A DNA stretch of 64,000 nt, taken from the NCBI GenBank assembly GCA_963787675.1, contig CAWBDV010000019.1, positions 212,073-276,072 on the forward strand. Direction: 5' to 3'. Every line of letters starts with the position of its first letter. Position 1 is the first letter of the stretch. The notes under the pieces are model-generated. The model was not told the DNA's origin, made no database searches, and saw only the letters and a program-made list of their open reading frames with translations. A program made the position numbers and the translations under genes. This DNA is from an uncultured Alphaproteobacteria bacterium (lineage in GTDB: Bacteria; Pseudomonadota; Alphaproteobacteria; Rhizobiales; Xanthobacteraceae). Below are positions 1 to 9,243 of this stretch, in pieces.

Positions 1-1
1 G

Positions 2-226
2 CATATCGACGGCGAATTCGGTGCCTATGACGCACGGACGCTCAAGGAGCTTTGGAGCTTCAACGCCGGGTCCGGGATCAACGCGCCGCCGATCAGCTAC
101 GCCGTGAATGGAAAGCAGTATATCGCGGTGCTGGTCGGCTCGCGATTGCCGAGCAACATCATTCCGCTGGCGCCGGAGCTGAAGAACACATCGACGGCGT
201 CGATGCTTTACGTTTTCGGCCTTTGA
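2..226 (+). CDS. PQQ-dependent dehydrogenase (methanol/ethanol family), C-terminal fragment; 5' end is outside the window
   Basis: Frame 2 reads HIDGEFGAYDARTLKELWSFNAGSGINAPPISYAVNGKQYIAVLVGSR...NTSTASMLYVFGL*, closely matching the C-termini of the two complete paralogs downstream. Absent from the ORF track because it has no in-window start. Confidence 0.85.
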   Translation, partial: HIDGEFGAYDARTLKELWSFNAGSGINAPPISYAVNGKQYIAVLVGSRLPSNIIPLAPELKNTSTASMLYVFGL

Positions 227-329
227 GAAAAAACGGCTAGCGGGCGTATCGCCCCGCCGCCGAACATAAAGGAGCGCGCCCGCGGTCGGGTCGGTGCGGC
301 GTGCTCCGCCAATCACAGGGAGAGAAACG

Positions 330-2105
330 ATGAACGCGAAACATTTGGCGAGCACGCTGTTCGGCGCACTTTTGACGGCGACCGCTCTGACACCCATCCA
401 AGCCGCCGACATGACCACGGAGCGTGCGCTCAATCCGCAGCGCGAGCCGCAGAACTGGATCCTGCACCACGGCAACTACCAGGGTCATCGCTTCTCGCTG
501 CTCAAGGAGATCAACACCGAGACGGTCAAGAACTTGAAACCGGTGTTTACGGTTGCGCTGAGCGGGTTCCAAAGCGGCGGGCGCTATGCGTTCGGCAACC
601 TCGAAGCGACACCGATCGTCGAAGACGGCATGATGTACGTGCCGGACGGCTGGGGCTCGGTCTACGCGATCGATGTCTCCGCCGGCAAGAAGGGCGTCAT
701 CAAGTGGAAGATGGACCCGGGCACGGATCGCGCGTGGGCGGGCGACGTCGCCTGCTGCGGCGTCAACAATCGCGGCGTTGCGCTCTGGAAGGACAAGGTC
801 ATTTCCATTGCGCTTGACGGCCGCATGTTCGCAATCAACAAGGCGACCGGCGAAGTCGCGTGGGAGCGCAAAATCGCTGACCCTGCGATCGGCGAGACCC
901 TCACCCTCGCGCCGCTTGTCATCCGCGATCTCGCGATCGTCGGCACCGCCGGCGGCGAGTTCGGCATCCGCGGCTTCATCGAGGCGACCGACCTCAACAC
1001 CGGCAAGCAGGCGTGGCGCACGTACACGATTCCAGGCACCGGCGAGCCCGGCAACGAGACGTGGAAGGACGGCAAGGACCATTGGAAGCATGGCGGTGCC
1101 TCCATTTGGGAAACGGCCACGTACGATCCGGACACCGACACGTTCTACCAGGGCGTCGGCAACGCCGGTCCGGACTGGGACACGGAGTATCGGCCGGGCG
1201 ATAACAAGTGGGCGGCGAGCGTTTTGGCGATCAGCGCCAGTGACGGCAAGATCAAGTGGGGCTTTCAGTACACACCGAACGACCCCTACGACTATGACGA
1301 GATTTCGGAACATCCGATCATCAACGCCAAGATCAATGGCCAGGATCGGAAGCTCGTGGTGCATGCCGCGCGGAACGGCTTCTTCTACGCCCTCGACCGC
1401 ACCAACGGCTCGTTCGTTGCCGGCAAGCAGTACGTCGATCAGGTCACGTGGACGAAAGGCATTGATCCCAAGACCGGCCGGCCGATCGATTACGACCCCG
1501 CCGGCAACGTGCAGACCTACGTCGAGAATAGTCACGGGACGCGGGCAAAACCGCAAAGCGCGACGCTGTGCCCGAACATCCAGGGCGGGAAGAATTGGGA
1601 GCCTTCGGCCTACAATCCCGAACTCGGCCTTCTCTATGTGCCGACGATCGAGGGCTGCAACAGCATCGACACCGTGGAGCAGAAGGACTTTGTCGACCAG
1701 GGTGGCACGGTGAAGCCGCGCGACCGCTTCACCGGCGGAGGGTTCAAGTGGCAGGAACGTCTCTACGGCGCGCTCAAGGCGGTCGATCCGACCACCGGTG
1801 AAATCAAAGCCACCGCCAAACTCACCTATCCGAACATCGCCGGCGCGCTCGCCACGGCCGGAAACTTGGTGTTCCTCGGCAATATCGACGGCACGTTCTC
1901 GGCCTACGATGCGAAGACCATGCAGGAAGTGTGGAGCTTCAACGTTGGCAGCGGCATCAACGCGCCGGCCGTCACGTACTCGGTGAACGGCAAGCAATAT
2001 GTCGCGGTGCTCGTAGGGTCGCGCCAGCCGGCGAACTTCATCTCGGTGGCGCCTGAACTGAAGAACACGTCGACGGCTTCGATGCTGTACGTTTTCGGCC
2101 TGTAG
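330..2105 (+). CDS. PQQ-dependent dehydrogenase, methanol/ethanol family (type I quinoprotein ADH), periplasmic
   Basis: ORF 294..2105, trimmed to the ATG at 330 (GGGAGAG Shine-Dalgarno upstream). Signal peptide MNAKHLASTLFGALLTATALTPIQAAD. Vicinal CC (DVACCGVNNRG), beta-propeller W-motifs, and NDPYDYDE around the catalytic Asp. Confidence 0.93.
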   Translation: MNAKHLASTLFGALLTATALTPIQAADMTTERALNPQREPQNWILHHGNYQGHRFSLLKEINTETVKNLKPVFTVALSGFQSGGRYAFGNLEATPIVEDGMMYVPDGWGSVYAIDVSAGKKGVIKWKMDPGTDRAWAGDVACCGVNNRGVALWKDKVISIALDGRMFAINKATGEVAWERKIADPAIGETLTLAPLVIRDLAIVGTAGGEFGIRGFIEATDLNTGKQAWRTYTIPGTGEPGNETWKDGKDHWKHGGASIWETATYDPDTDTFYQGVGNAGPDWDTEYRPGDNKWAASVLAISASDGKIKWGFQYTPNDPYDYDEISEHPIINAKINGQDRKLVVHAARNGFFYALDRTNGSFVAGKQYVDQVTWTKGIDPKTGRPIDYDPAGNVQTYVENSHGTRAKPQSATLCPNIQGGKNWEPSAYNPELGLLYVPTIEGCNSIDTVEQKDFVDQGGTVKPRDRFTGGGFKWQERLYGALKAVDPTTGEIKATAKLTYPNIAGALATAGNLVFLGNIDGTFSAYDAKTMQEVWSFNVGSGINAPAVTYSVNGKQYVAVLVGSRQPANFISVAPELKNTSTASMLYVFGL

Positions 2106-2352
2106 GTCGTGCCCCGCCGCGAATGCTTGGCGGCGCGCAGGTTTGGACGACCCGGATTTGTCCGGCTTGACCGGGCGGTCCGTTAACCAGTCCGTGTCGG
2201 TTGAAGCTCCTGCCCAAGCGACAGCTGACGGATTGCTGCATGCCCGCCTTGCGCGGGCATGACGCCCTATGGGATTGATGCATCAGAGCCACAACACTAA
2301 ACGTCACTCGTTCTGCCCGTGCCGCGGCGGCAGATCAAAAGGGAGAGAGACC

Positions 2353-4128
2353 ATGAGGATGACAACGTTCGCCGGCGCCCTGTTCGCCTCGCTCCTGACT
2401 GCAACCGCGCTGACGCCGGCCCGTGCCGCCGACATGACCATGGAGCGGGCGCTCAACCCGCAGCGCGAGCCGCAGAACTGGATCCTGCACCACGGCAACT
2501 ACCAGGGGCACCGCTTCTCGTTGCTCAAGGACATCAACACCGACACGGTCAAAAATCTGAAGCCGGTGTTCACGGTGGCGTTGAGCGGCTTCCAGAGCGG
2601 CGGGCGCTACGCGTTCGGCAATCTGGAAGCGACGCCGCTCGTCGAAGACGGCATCATGTATGTGCCGGACGGTTGGGGCTCGGTCTACGCGATCGATCTC
2701 ACCGCCGGGAAGAAGGGCGTCATCAAGTGGAAGATGGACCCGGGCACCGACCGCGCCTGGGCCGGCGACGTTGCCTGCTGCGGCGTCAACAATCGCGGCG
2801 TCGCGCTGTGGAAGGACAAGGTCATTTCGATTGCGCTCGACGGGCGCATGTTCGCCATCAACAAGGCGACCGGCGAAGTCGCGTGGGAGCGCAAGATCGC
2901 CGATCCGGCGCTCGGCGAGACCCTCACGATCGCACCGCTCGTCGTTCGCGATCTCGCGATCGTCGGCGCGGCCGGCGGCGAGTTCGGCATTCGCGGCTAT
3001 ATCGAGGCGACCGATCTCAACACCGGCAAGCAGGCGTGGCGCACCTACACGATTCCCGGCGCCGGCGAACCCGGCAACGAGACCTGGAAGGACGGCAAGG
3101 ACCGCTGGAAGCACGGCGGCGGCTCGATCTGGGAGACCGCGACCTACGATCCGGAGACCGACACCTTCTACCAGGGCATCGGCAATGCCGGCCCGGATTG
3201 GGACCCGGAATATCGTCCCGGCGACAACAAGTGGGCGGCGAGCGTGCTCGCGATCAGCCCGAACGACGGCAAGATCAAGTGGGGCTTCCAGTACACCCCG
3301 AACGACCCTTATGACTTCGACGAAATTTCCGAGCACCCGATCATCAACGCCAAGGTCAATGGCGAGGACCGCAAGCTCGTCGTGCACGCCGCGCGCAACG
3401 GCTTCTTCTACGCGCTCGACCGCACCAACGGCTCGTTCATCGCCGGCAAGCAATATGTCGACCAGTTGAACTGGACGCCCGGTCTCGATCCCAAGACCGG
3501 CCGGCCGCTCAACTACGATCCCGCCGGCGGCATGCAGATCTATGCCGCGGGCAGCCACGGAACGCGCGCCGAGCCCCACAGCGGCAAGCTCTGTCCGGCG
3601 CACACCGGCGGCAAGAACTGGGAGCCGTCCGCCTACAATCCGCAACTCGGCCTGCTCTACATTCCCTCGATCGAGGGCTGCGACTTCATCGACACCGTCG
3701 AGCAGAAGGACTTCGCCGACCAGGGCGGCACCGTGAAGCCGCGCGAACGCTTCAGCGGCGGCGCCACCAGAATCCCGGAGCGCCTCTACGGCGGGCTCAA
3801 GGCGGTCGACCCGGTGACCGGCGAGATCAAGGCTTCGCTCAAGCTCACCTATCCGAACTATTCGGGCGCGCTCGCCACGGCCGGCAATTTGGTGTTCATC
3901 GGCAACGTCGACGGCACGTTCGCAGCCCACGACGCCAAGACCCTTCAGGAAGTGTGGAGCTTCAACGTCGGCACCGGCATCAATGCGCCGCCGATCACCT
4001 ATTCGGTGAACGGCAAGCAGTACATCGCGGTGCTGGTCGGTTCGCGACAATCGAACAACGTCATCCCGTTGTCGCCGGAATTGAAGAACACCTCGACGGC
4101 TTCGATGCTCTTTGTCTTCAGCCTGTGA
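2353..4128 (+). CDS. PQQ-dependent dehydrogenase, methanol/ethanol family, tandem paralog
   Basis: ORF 2269..4128, trimmed to the ATG at 2353 (GGGAGAGAG upstream). Signal peptide MRMTTFAGALFASLLTATALTPARAAD. Collinear with the 330..2105 product and highly similar by eye; same CC and DPYDFDE motifs. Confidence 0.93.
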   Translation: MRMTTFAGALFASLLTATALTPARAADMTMERALNPQREPQNWILHHGNYQGHRFSLLKDINTDTVKNLKPVFTVALSGFQSGGRYAFGNLEATPLVEDGIMYVPDGWGSVYAIDLTAGKKGVIKWKMDPGTDRAWAGDVACCGVNNRGVALWKDKVISIALDGRMFAINKATGEVAWERKIADPALGETLTIAPLVVRDLAIVGAAGGEFGIRGYIEATDLNTGKQAWRTYTIPGAGEPGNETWKDGKDRWKHGGGSIWETATYDPETDTFYQGIGNAGPDWDPEYRPGDNKWAASVLAISPNDGKIKWGFQYTPNDPYDFDEISEHPIINAKVNGEDRKLVVHAARNGFFYALDRTNGSFIAGKQYVDQLNWTPGLDPKTGRPLNYDPAGGMQIYAAGSHGTRAEPHSGKLCPAHTGGKNWEPSAYNPQLGLLYIPSIEGCDFIDTVEQKDFADQGGTVKPRERFSGGATRIPERLYGGLKAVDPVTGEIKASLKLTYPNYSGALATAGNLVFIGNVDGTFAAHDAKTLQEVWSFNVGTGINAPPITYSVNGKQYIAVLVGSRQSNNVIPLSPELKNTSTASMLFVFSL

Positions 4129-4145
4129 GGGGTCAGAAGCCGGAA

Positions 4146-4673
4146 ATGCCGACACCAATGGAACCAAGTCGTGTTGCCGCGTTCGTGCTTCTCGCTGTCA
4201 TTTCGTTTGCGTCGCTCGGCAGTTCGGCCAACGCGCAGGCTGCGCTGTCGGCCGAGGAGCAGCGGCAACTCGAGTTTGGCAAGGAGATCTTCAAGAGCAA
4301 GGCGGTCTGCCAGTTCTGTCACAAGTGGGATGCGTCGGGCGATCAGGGCTACGGCGGCAACGCCTTGTCCTTGCGGGCAACCAAGCTCACGCCCGAACAA
4401 ATGACCGAGGTGGTGAAATGCGGCCGCCCCGGCACCGGGATGCCGTATCACGATCGCTTCGCTTATACGGACAAGCGCTGCTACGGCTATACCCGCGAGC
4501 AGATGGGCTCGGACATGCCGCCGGCCGGCAACGACTTCCTCTCCAACCGCGAAGTCGAGGCGGTCGTCAAATATCTGTTCGCCAAGGACGTCGGCAAAGG
4601 ACCTGCGACCTACGACGACTGCGTCGACTTCTGGGGCAAGGACACCAAACAGTGCGAGCCAATGAAGAAGTGA
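4146..4673 (+). CDS. Periplasmic mono-haem c-type cytochrome, likely electron acceptor of the adjacent PQQ dehydrogenases
   Basis: In-frame ATG at 4146 within ORF 3954..4673. Signal peptide, one CxxCH (CQFCH), and a distal GMPYH Met-ligand region. Starts 18 bp after the dehydrogenase stop. Confidence 0.85.
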   Translation: MPTPMEPSRVAAFVLLAVISFASLGSSANAQAALSAEEQRQLEFGKEIFKSKAVCQFCHKWDASGDQGYGGNALSLRATKLTPEQMTEVVKCGRPGTGMPYHDRFAYTDKRCYGYTREQMGSDMPPAGNDFLSNREVEAVVKYLFAKDVGKGPATYDDCVDFWGKDTKQCEPMKK

Positions 4674-4699
4674 GTGCGAATGCGCGTCGCACGGTGAGC

Positions 4700-5470
4700 A
4701 TGGAGGGCCGCCTTCGGCCATCCCATGTGTTCGCTTTCGCGATCGCGGCGCTGGCCATCACCGTGTCGGTGGCCGATGCGCAGCCGCGACCCGACCCCGG
4801 CGAAATTCACGGGCTGAAGCTCGGTCTCAAGGCTGCCGAGATGTCGACCGCGACGTGGGGCGATCTCGCCTGCGGCAGCAATGGCGGCCCACCGCGCCAG
4901 ATGATCGACGGCTGGGCCGATTTCCGCAAATGCCGCCCCGAATCAAGTGGCCTCTACGAGGTCAATGCCCGCTTCGACGATGAACGCGACTATATCGGAC
5001 GGGCGATCGACGATCCGCTGTATGCACAGGGTCGGGTCGGGACGCAGGTCGCCGGTCATCCGGTGATCCTGTCGGTGCTGTTCGACAAGGATGGCATCCT
5101 GCGCGGCATTCGCATGGTCAGCGATCCGCGGGGGTCGGTCATCGAGCGCCGCATGGCGCACATGCTGCGCCTCGCGGTCATCAATCGGTACGATCCGGAC
5201 GGCTGGACCTGCACAGATTTTCCGCCGGCGCCAGGTGAGACGCCGGTGGGTGGCGGCGTGTTCATCAAACAGCGCTGCGAAAAACATACGGCGGAACGCG
5301 ATCTCATGGTGGAGGCGCACTTCCTGCGCAAGCCGGGCCAGAGCGACATCAATCCGGCGACCGGCGAGAGCACGGTCGGCCAGTTTGAAAGCTGGACGCG
5401 TTTCGAGTTGATGGACCCGAACTACAAGACGACGGAAGCTCGCCACAACGGCACGGGACAAAGCCCATGA
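4700..5470 (+). CDS. Hypothetical exported protein (256 aa)
   Basis: ATG at 4700 in ORF 4112..5470 gives signal peptide MEGRLRPSHVFAFAIAALAITVSVADA. The upstream part of the ORF is Arg-rich read-through. No family recognised. Confidence 0.6.
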   Translation: MEGRLRPSHVFAFAIAALAITVSVADAQPRPDPGEIHGLKLGLKAAEMSTATWGDLACGSNGGPPRQMIDGWADFRKCRPESSGLYEVNARFDDERDYIGRAIDDPLYAQGRVGTQVAGHPVILSVLFDKDGILRGIRMVSDPRGSVIERRMAHMLRLAVINRYDPDGWTCTDFPPAPGETPVGGGVFIKQRCEKHTAERDLMVEAHFLRKPGQSDINPATGESTVGQFESWTRFELMDPNYKTTEARHNGTGQSP

Positions 5471-5703
5471 AGCATCTGCTTGCCGCAGCCGTTGCGTTTG
5501 CCGCGCTCCCGTTGGCGTCGCCTGCCTACGCAACCTGCTCGTCGTGCAACATCCAGTCGAAGACGCCGTCTGCGTCGGCGCCAGGGAAATTCGACTATCG
5601 CGTGAGCTGCATCGTCGACGAGAGCGGCGACGAGGTGAACACTGTCGTCACCGCCGCGACTGACGAAGAAGCCATCGAACTCACGAAGAAGAAGGGCTGC
5701 TGA
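5467..5703 (+). CDS. Small exported Cys-containing acidic protein (78 aa)
   Basis: ATGA start/stop overlap with the preceding gene. Signal peptide ending AYA. The mature part has TCSSC near its start, a C-terminal C and an acidic stretch DESGDEV..TDEEAIE. Confidence 0.55.
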   Translation: MKHLLAAAVAFAALPLASPAYATCSSCNIQSKTPSASAPGKFDYRVSCIVDESGDEVNTVVTAATDEEAIELTKKKGC

Positions 5704-5715
5704 TCTGCAATTCAT

Positions 5716-5820
5716 GTAGCCCGAATGGAGCGAACGCGGCGCGTTCGCGTAATCCGGGGCAGGCCTCTCAACTCGCGGAAACGTTCTTCCCGGATTACGC
5801 TTGCGCTCCATCCGGGCTAC
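5716..5820. repeat. Palindromic intergenic REP/MITE-like element (GTAGCCCG..CGGGCTAC family)
   Basis: Ends gtagcccgaatggagcg / cgctccatccgggctac are inverted repeats. The same family occurs inside the CDS at 47703..47827. Confidence 0.8.
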
Positions 5821-5833
5821 ACGCGTACCCCGC

Positions 5834-6364
5834 CTACCAACTCCCGGCCCTGTACCGCTCTCGGAACTCGCTGACCATCTTGAAAGCATCGCGCCGGTCG
5901 GCGTCGGCGGTGATCGATTGCAACGCGGCGTCGCGACACATTTGTCCCTCGGCCTGGCCGTTGTCCTGCGCAAGCTCGCACCACGCATACGCCGTCGCAT
6001 AACTCTGCGGCACGCCGAGCCCGAAGAAGTAAAGGCTCCCCAGCATCAGTTGGCCTTCGGCCTGCCCTTGCTCGGCGGCCTTACGAAGCCAAATCGCCGC
6101 CTGGGCGTCATCGGTTTTGACGCCGAGCCCGCGGTGATACATGAAGCCGATGCCCGCCTGCGAACGCGGCTCGTTATTGTCGGCGAGCGGGCGCCAAAAA
6201 CGCATCGCGGCGATGTAGTCGCCGCGGTTGAATGCGGAGAGGCCGCTGCGAAAATCCTCTTCCGCCGAACCCGCCCGCGTCGCGACAACAAAGGCGGCGA
6301 GGCAGGCAATCGCGAAGGCAACGCGTCCGAGAGATCGCAAGACCATCATCAGGAACCTGTTCAT
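5834..6364 (-). CDS. Sel1-repeat (SLR/TPR-like) exported protein
   Basis: Repeated A..G.MY..G.GV..D...A..W..KAAEQG motifs; N-terminal signal/anchor. Confidence 0.8.
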   Translation of the reverse strand: MNRFLMMVLRSLGRVAFAIACLAAFVVATRAGSAEEDFRSGLSAFNRGDYIAAMRFWRPLADNNEPRSQAGIGFMYHRGLGVKTDDAQAAIWLRKAAEQGQAEGQLMLGSLYFFGLGVPQSYATAYAWCELAQDNGQAEGQMCRDAALQSITADADRRDAFKMVSEFRERYRAGSW

Positions 6365-6814
6365 CCGAACTCGCTCGCTCTAGGGGTGCACTCCACCCGA
6401 TTTTTCCCTGAGAACAGGGTAAATAACAGGGAAAACCAAAAATCGCCCTTCCGTCCGCGCATGGCTCCGCCGATTCGCCCAACAGTCCAGAGACATAGGC
6501 CAAAGCGGACCCGCGATTCGGCGGCCTGGAACAGCGTATCTCAGCGAAGTCGTCGTGGCGGGCATGGCAACGATCCTGCGAACATCACAACCCGTGAATT
6601 CTGGATGACTATTCTATAGGACTATTCCTATGATGTCAATCATCGCTACGATTGCCCCTTCGAGATGCCACCACAAGAGTGGTCAGGGAGGGGCATGGCC
6701 ACAAGACTTTGCGGGGGAGCGTGCCCCCTCCCCGGCCCTCCCTCGCACGCGGGGGAGCGGAAAGCATTTGGCCCTGCCTCCCGCACGGGCCAGCGCAAGC
6801 GGAAGAAGAGCAAT

Positions 6815-7651
6815 TCACTCCTGGCGCTTGCCGTCCGGCATGATGGCGGCGTCGAAATTGGCGCCCTCGGTCTGGGCGTCGGTCAGGATCGCGTTCTTGA
6901 GGTTGGCACCCTCGAAGCTCGTGCCACGCAGGTCGGCGCCGTGGAGGTTGGCGCCGAAGAGGTCGACGCCCGCGAAGGTCGAACCGCGCAGATCGGCGCC
7001 GTAGAGGTCGGCCTCGACCATGTCGGACAGCGTGAAGTCGATCCCGCGCAGATCCATCTCGCGCAGTTTTTGACCGTCGAGCTTGGCGCCGCGCAAATTG
7101 GCGCCGGTGAGCTTGGCGCCGGCGAGGCGCGCTCCGCGCAGGTCGGCGCCCGCGAGCACCGCGCCTTCGAGATTGGCCTGGTTGAGCCGCGCCTGGCCGA
7201 GACGGGCGTTGCGAAGCTGGGCTCCGGCAAGGTTGGCGCTCGACAGGTCCGCCTCGTAGAGGAGCGCGTCGGTGAGGTCGGCGCCGCTGAAGTCCGCCCA
7301 TTTGGCGTCGATGCGATTGAGGTCGGTTTCGACGAGGTTCGCACCGGCGAGATCGGCACGTTGCAGCGAACTGCGGAAAAGGGTTGCCTGGGCAAGGTTT
7401 GCCTTGCGCAGGTTGGCACGGTCGAGCTTGGCGCGCTTGAACTCGCGGTCCTTGAGATCGCGCCCGGAGAGATCACAGGCGACGCACGCTCTTGTGGTGC
7501 CGGCGAGGAAGGCTTCGATGTCGTCGGCGAGGGCGCGCACGCCCGCAGGCGCGGCGATCACGAGCGCCGCGATGAAGCTCGTGCCCGCCGCCTTTCGCAC
7601 CACCCGGAAGATTACGTCCATCGCTCCGCCGTTGCTTGAAGTGCGCATCAT
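6815..7651 (-). CDS. Pentapeptide-repeat protein with N-terminal signal/anchor
   Basis: About 40 consecutive A(D/N)LxG-type pentapeptides (ANLRKANLAQATLFRSSLQRADLAGANL...). Confidence 0.9.
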   Translation of the reverse strand: MMRTSSNGGAMDVIFRVVRKAAGTSFIAALVIAAPAGVRALADDIEAFLAGTTRACVACDLSGRDLKDREFKRAKLDRANLRKANLAQATLFRSSLQRADLAGANLVETDLNRIDAKWADFSGADLTDALLYEADLSSANLAGAQLRNARLGQARLNQANLEGAVLAGADLRGARLAGAKLTGANLRGAKLDGQKLREMDLRGIDFTLSDMVEADLYGADLRGSTFAGVDLFGANLHGADLRGTSFEGANLKNAILTDAQTEGANFDAAIMPDGKRQE

Positions 7652-7668
7652 GACGGTTCGAAGTTATA

Positions 7669-8619
7669 TCAAGCCGCTGGCGCGTTTCCGAGAGGCGCGG
7701 GCGTCCGCGGGGAGGCTGCGGCTTCACCTTCCGGCGGCGGCCTGAGGCTTGGCAGGCTCTCAAGCCAGGTGATGATGGCCGTGTAATCGGCGCCATAGCC
7801 GATTTTCTTTTCCGCCGCCGTCCAGGCAGCGAGCGTTGCCTCCATCAGCGGCGAGCACGTATCGGTCGCCGTGGCAAGCTGTGCGGCAAGCGCGAGGTTG
7901 CGGCGCAGAATGCCGAGCTGCAAACCTGAATTGAATTTGCGCGAGACGACCTGCTGCAAATGCGGATCAGCGTCGCCGCCAATCTGGTCGGCCAGATCAA
8001 GCACCGCCCCCGGCTCGAAGCCGAAGCGCTGGCCGAGCCGGATCGCCTCGCTCGCGGCAAGAAGCTCGGCGGCGCGCAGATAATCCGAGATCGCGCCGGC
8101 AGCCTGCGCGGCCGGCGCCGCGCCCACCGGCACGATCCGTTCCGCGAGCAGTTGGAAAAGCGGCTGGCAGCGCGTGATCGCCGCCTCCGGGCCGCCGACG
8201 ACAAGCGTCAGCTTGCCTTCCTTGGCCTGCGCGGGTGTACCGAATGCGGGCGCGGCAATGAAATCGACGCCGCGCGCCGCGAACCGTTCGGCGAATTTCA
8301 TGGTCTCCATCGGGTCGGTCGTGCCGAGATCGATGAGAATGCCCCCCGAAGCAAATCCTTCGATCGCGCCTTCCCACCCGAAACACACTTCGCGCAACTC
8401 AGCCGCCGACGGCAGCGCCGTGATGATGACGTCGCAGGTCTGCGCCATCATCTTGGGCGAGCCGATCGCCATGCCGCCGTAGTCGTTGGTAAAGAGGCGC
8501 GTTGCGACGTCCGCGATGTCGTAGATCTGCAGCGTGTGATAGCCCGACCACAACAGTCGCAGCGCCAAGCGCGAGCCAAAGGCGCCGATACCGATCACGC
8601 CGACCTTCAATTGGCTCAT
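7669..8619 (-). CDS. NAD(P)-binding beta-hydroxyacid dehydrogenase-family oxidoreductase (HIBADH/6PGDH-like)
   Basis: N-terminal Rossmann motif VGVIGIGAFGSRLA; length and C-terminal all-helical domain typical of the family. Confidence 0.8.
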   Translation of the reverse strand: MSQLKVGVIGIGAFGSRLALRLLWSGYHTLQIYDIADVATRLFTNDYGGMAIGSPKMMAQTCDVIITALPSAAELREVCFGWEGAIEGFASGGILIDLGTTDPMETMKFAERFAARGVDFIAAPAFGTPAQAKEGKLTLVVGGPEAAITRCQPLFQLLAERIVPVGAAPAAQAAGAISDYLRAAELLAASEAIRLGQRFGFEPGAVLDLADQIGGDADPHLQQVVSRKFNSGLQLGILRRNLALAAQLATATDTCSPLMEATLAAWTAAEKKIGYGADYTAIITWLESLPSLRPPPEGEAAASPRTPAPLGNAPAA

Positions 8620-8680
8620 AACGGCGCTCCTTCAATTCGCAGCATTCTCAAAGCGGCTCACCTGCCGTTTCCTACAAGCT

Positions 8681-8799
8681 GTCATGCCCCGCGAAAGCGG
8701 GGCATCTAGTAACCACGGCGCATGCGATGAAATAAGATTGCCGCCTTTATCAAAGTCATGTGGTTACCGGATCGCCCGGTCAAGCCGGGCGATGACATC
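8681..8799. repeat. REP/MITE-like element, family B (two hairpins flanking GTAACCAC/GTGGTTAC arms)
   Basis: catgccccgcgaaagcggggcatc ... tagtaaccac ... gtggttaccgg atcgcccggtcaagccgggcgat. A reverse-complement copy lies at 32915..33029. Confidence 0.8.
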
Positions 8800-8847
8800 G
8801 AGAGCGAAGCTAAACGGAGCAATCCAGCAGCGTCACGAACAGACTCG

Positions 8848-9234
8848 TCAGCCCTCGCTGATCTTCAGCGCCTCGTCGATGAGGAAGAGGTCCGTCAGCA
8901 ACGTCCGCAGGTGAATTGAAGCATTGAGGTTGTCAATGATCTGCGAGCCGATGGCACGCTGCGCCAGTACAAAGCGCAGCGCGGTGCGTGCGCGGATGGC
9001 GTCCTGGCGCACCTGCTCGATAAACGCCGCCTCGTCGGCATTGCCTTGCGGCGGCATCGCAGCGACGATCGCAAGACCCGCGTCGGCGCGGGCGAGATAG
9101 TCGCGCACACCGTCGTCGCCGGAATCATCGCGGGCACGGCCCTGCGCGGCGTAGGCGAGCAGATAGGCATAGGTTTCTTCGATGACGTCGATCGCTTCCG
9201 CGAGCGTCGCCGGTCCTTCTGCCGTGGAACTCAT
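8848..9234 (-). CDS. Hypothetical protein (128 aa), last gene of the Mo-oxidoreductase/cytochrome b operon
   Basis: Starts 10 bp after the cytochrome b stop on the same strand. Helical, acidic. No family recognised. Confidence 0.5.
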   Translation of the reverse strand: MSSTAEGPATLAEAIDVIEETYAYLLAYAAQGRARDDSGDDGVRDYLARADAGLAIVAAMPPQGNADEAAFIEQVRQDAIRARTALRFVLAQRAIGSQIIDNLNASIHLRTLLTDLFLIDEALKISEG

Positions 9235-9243
9235 TGCCGCGAC

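Noticed and set aside
237-4167. Long antisense ORFs 237..1997 (586 aa) and 2335..4167 (610 aa) opposite the PQQ dehydrogenase genes
   Set aside because: These are mirror-frame ORFs typical of GC-rich DNA. Their translations are Arg/Ala/Gly-rich with no motifs, while the plus-strand products carry complete quinoprotein signatures and signal peptides.
6665-7639. 324-aa plus-strand ORF and 197-aa minus-strand ORF overlapping the pentapeptide-repeat gene
   Set aside because: The repetitive DNA keeps several frames open. Only the 6815..7651 frame yields regular A(D/N)LxG pentapeptides plus a signal peptide.
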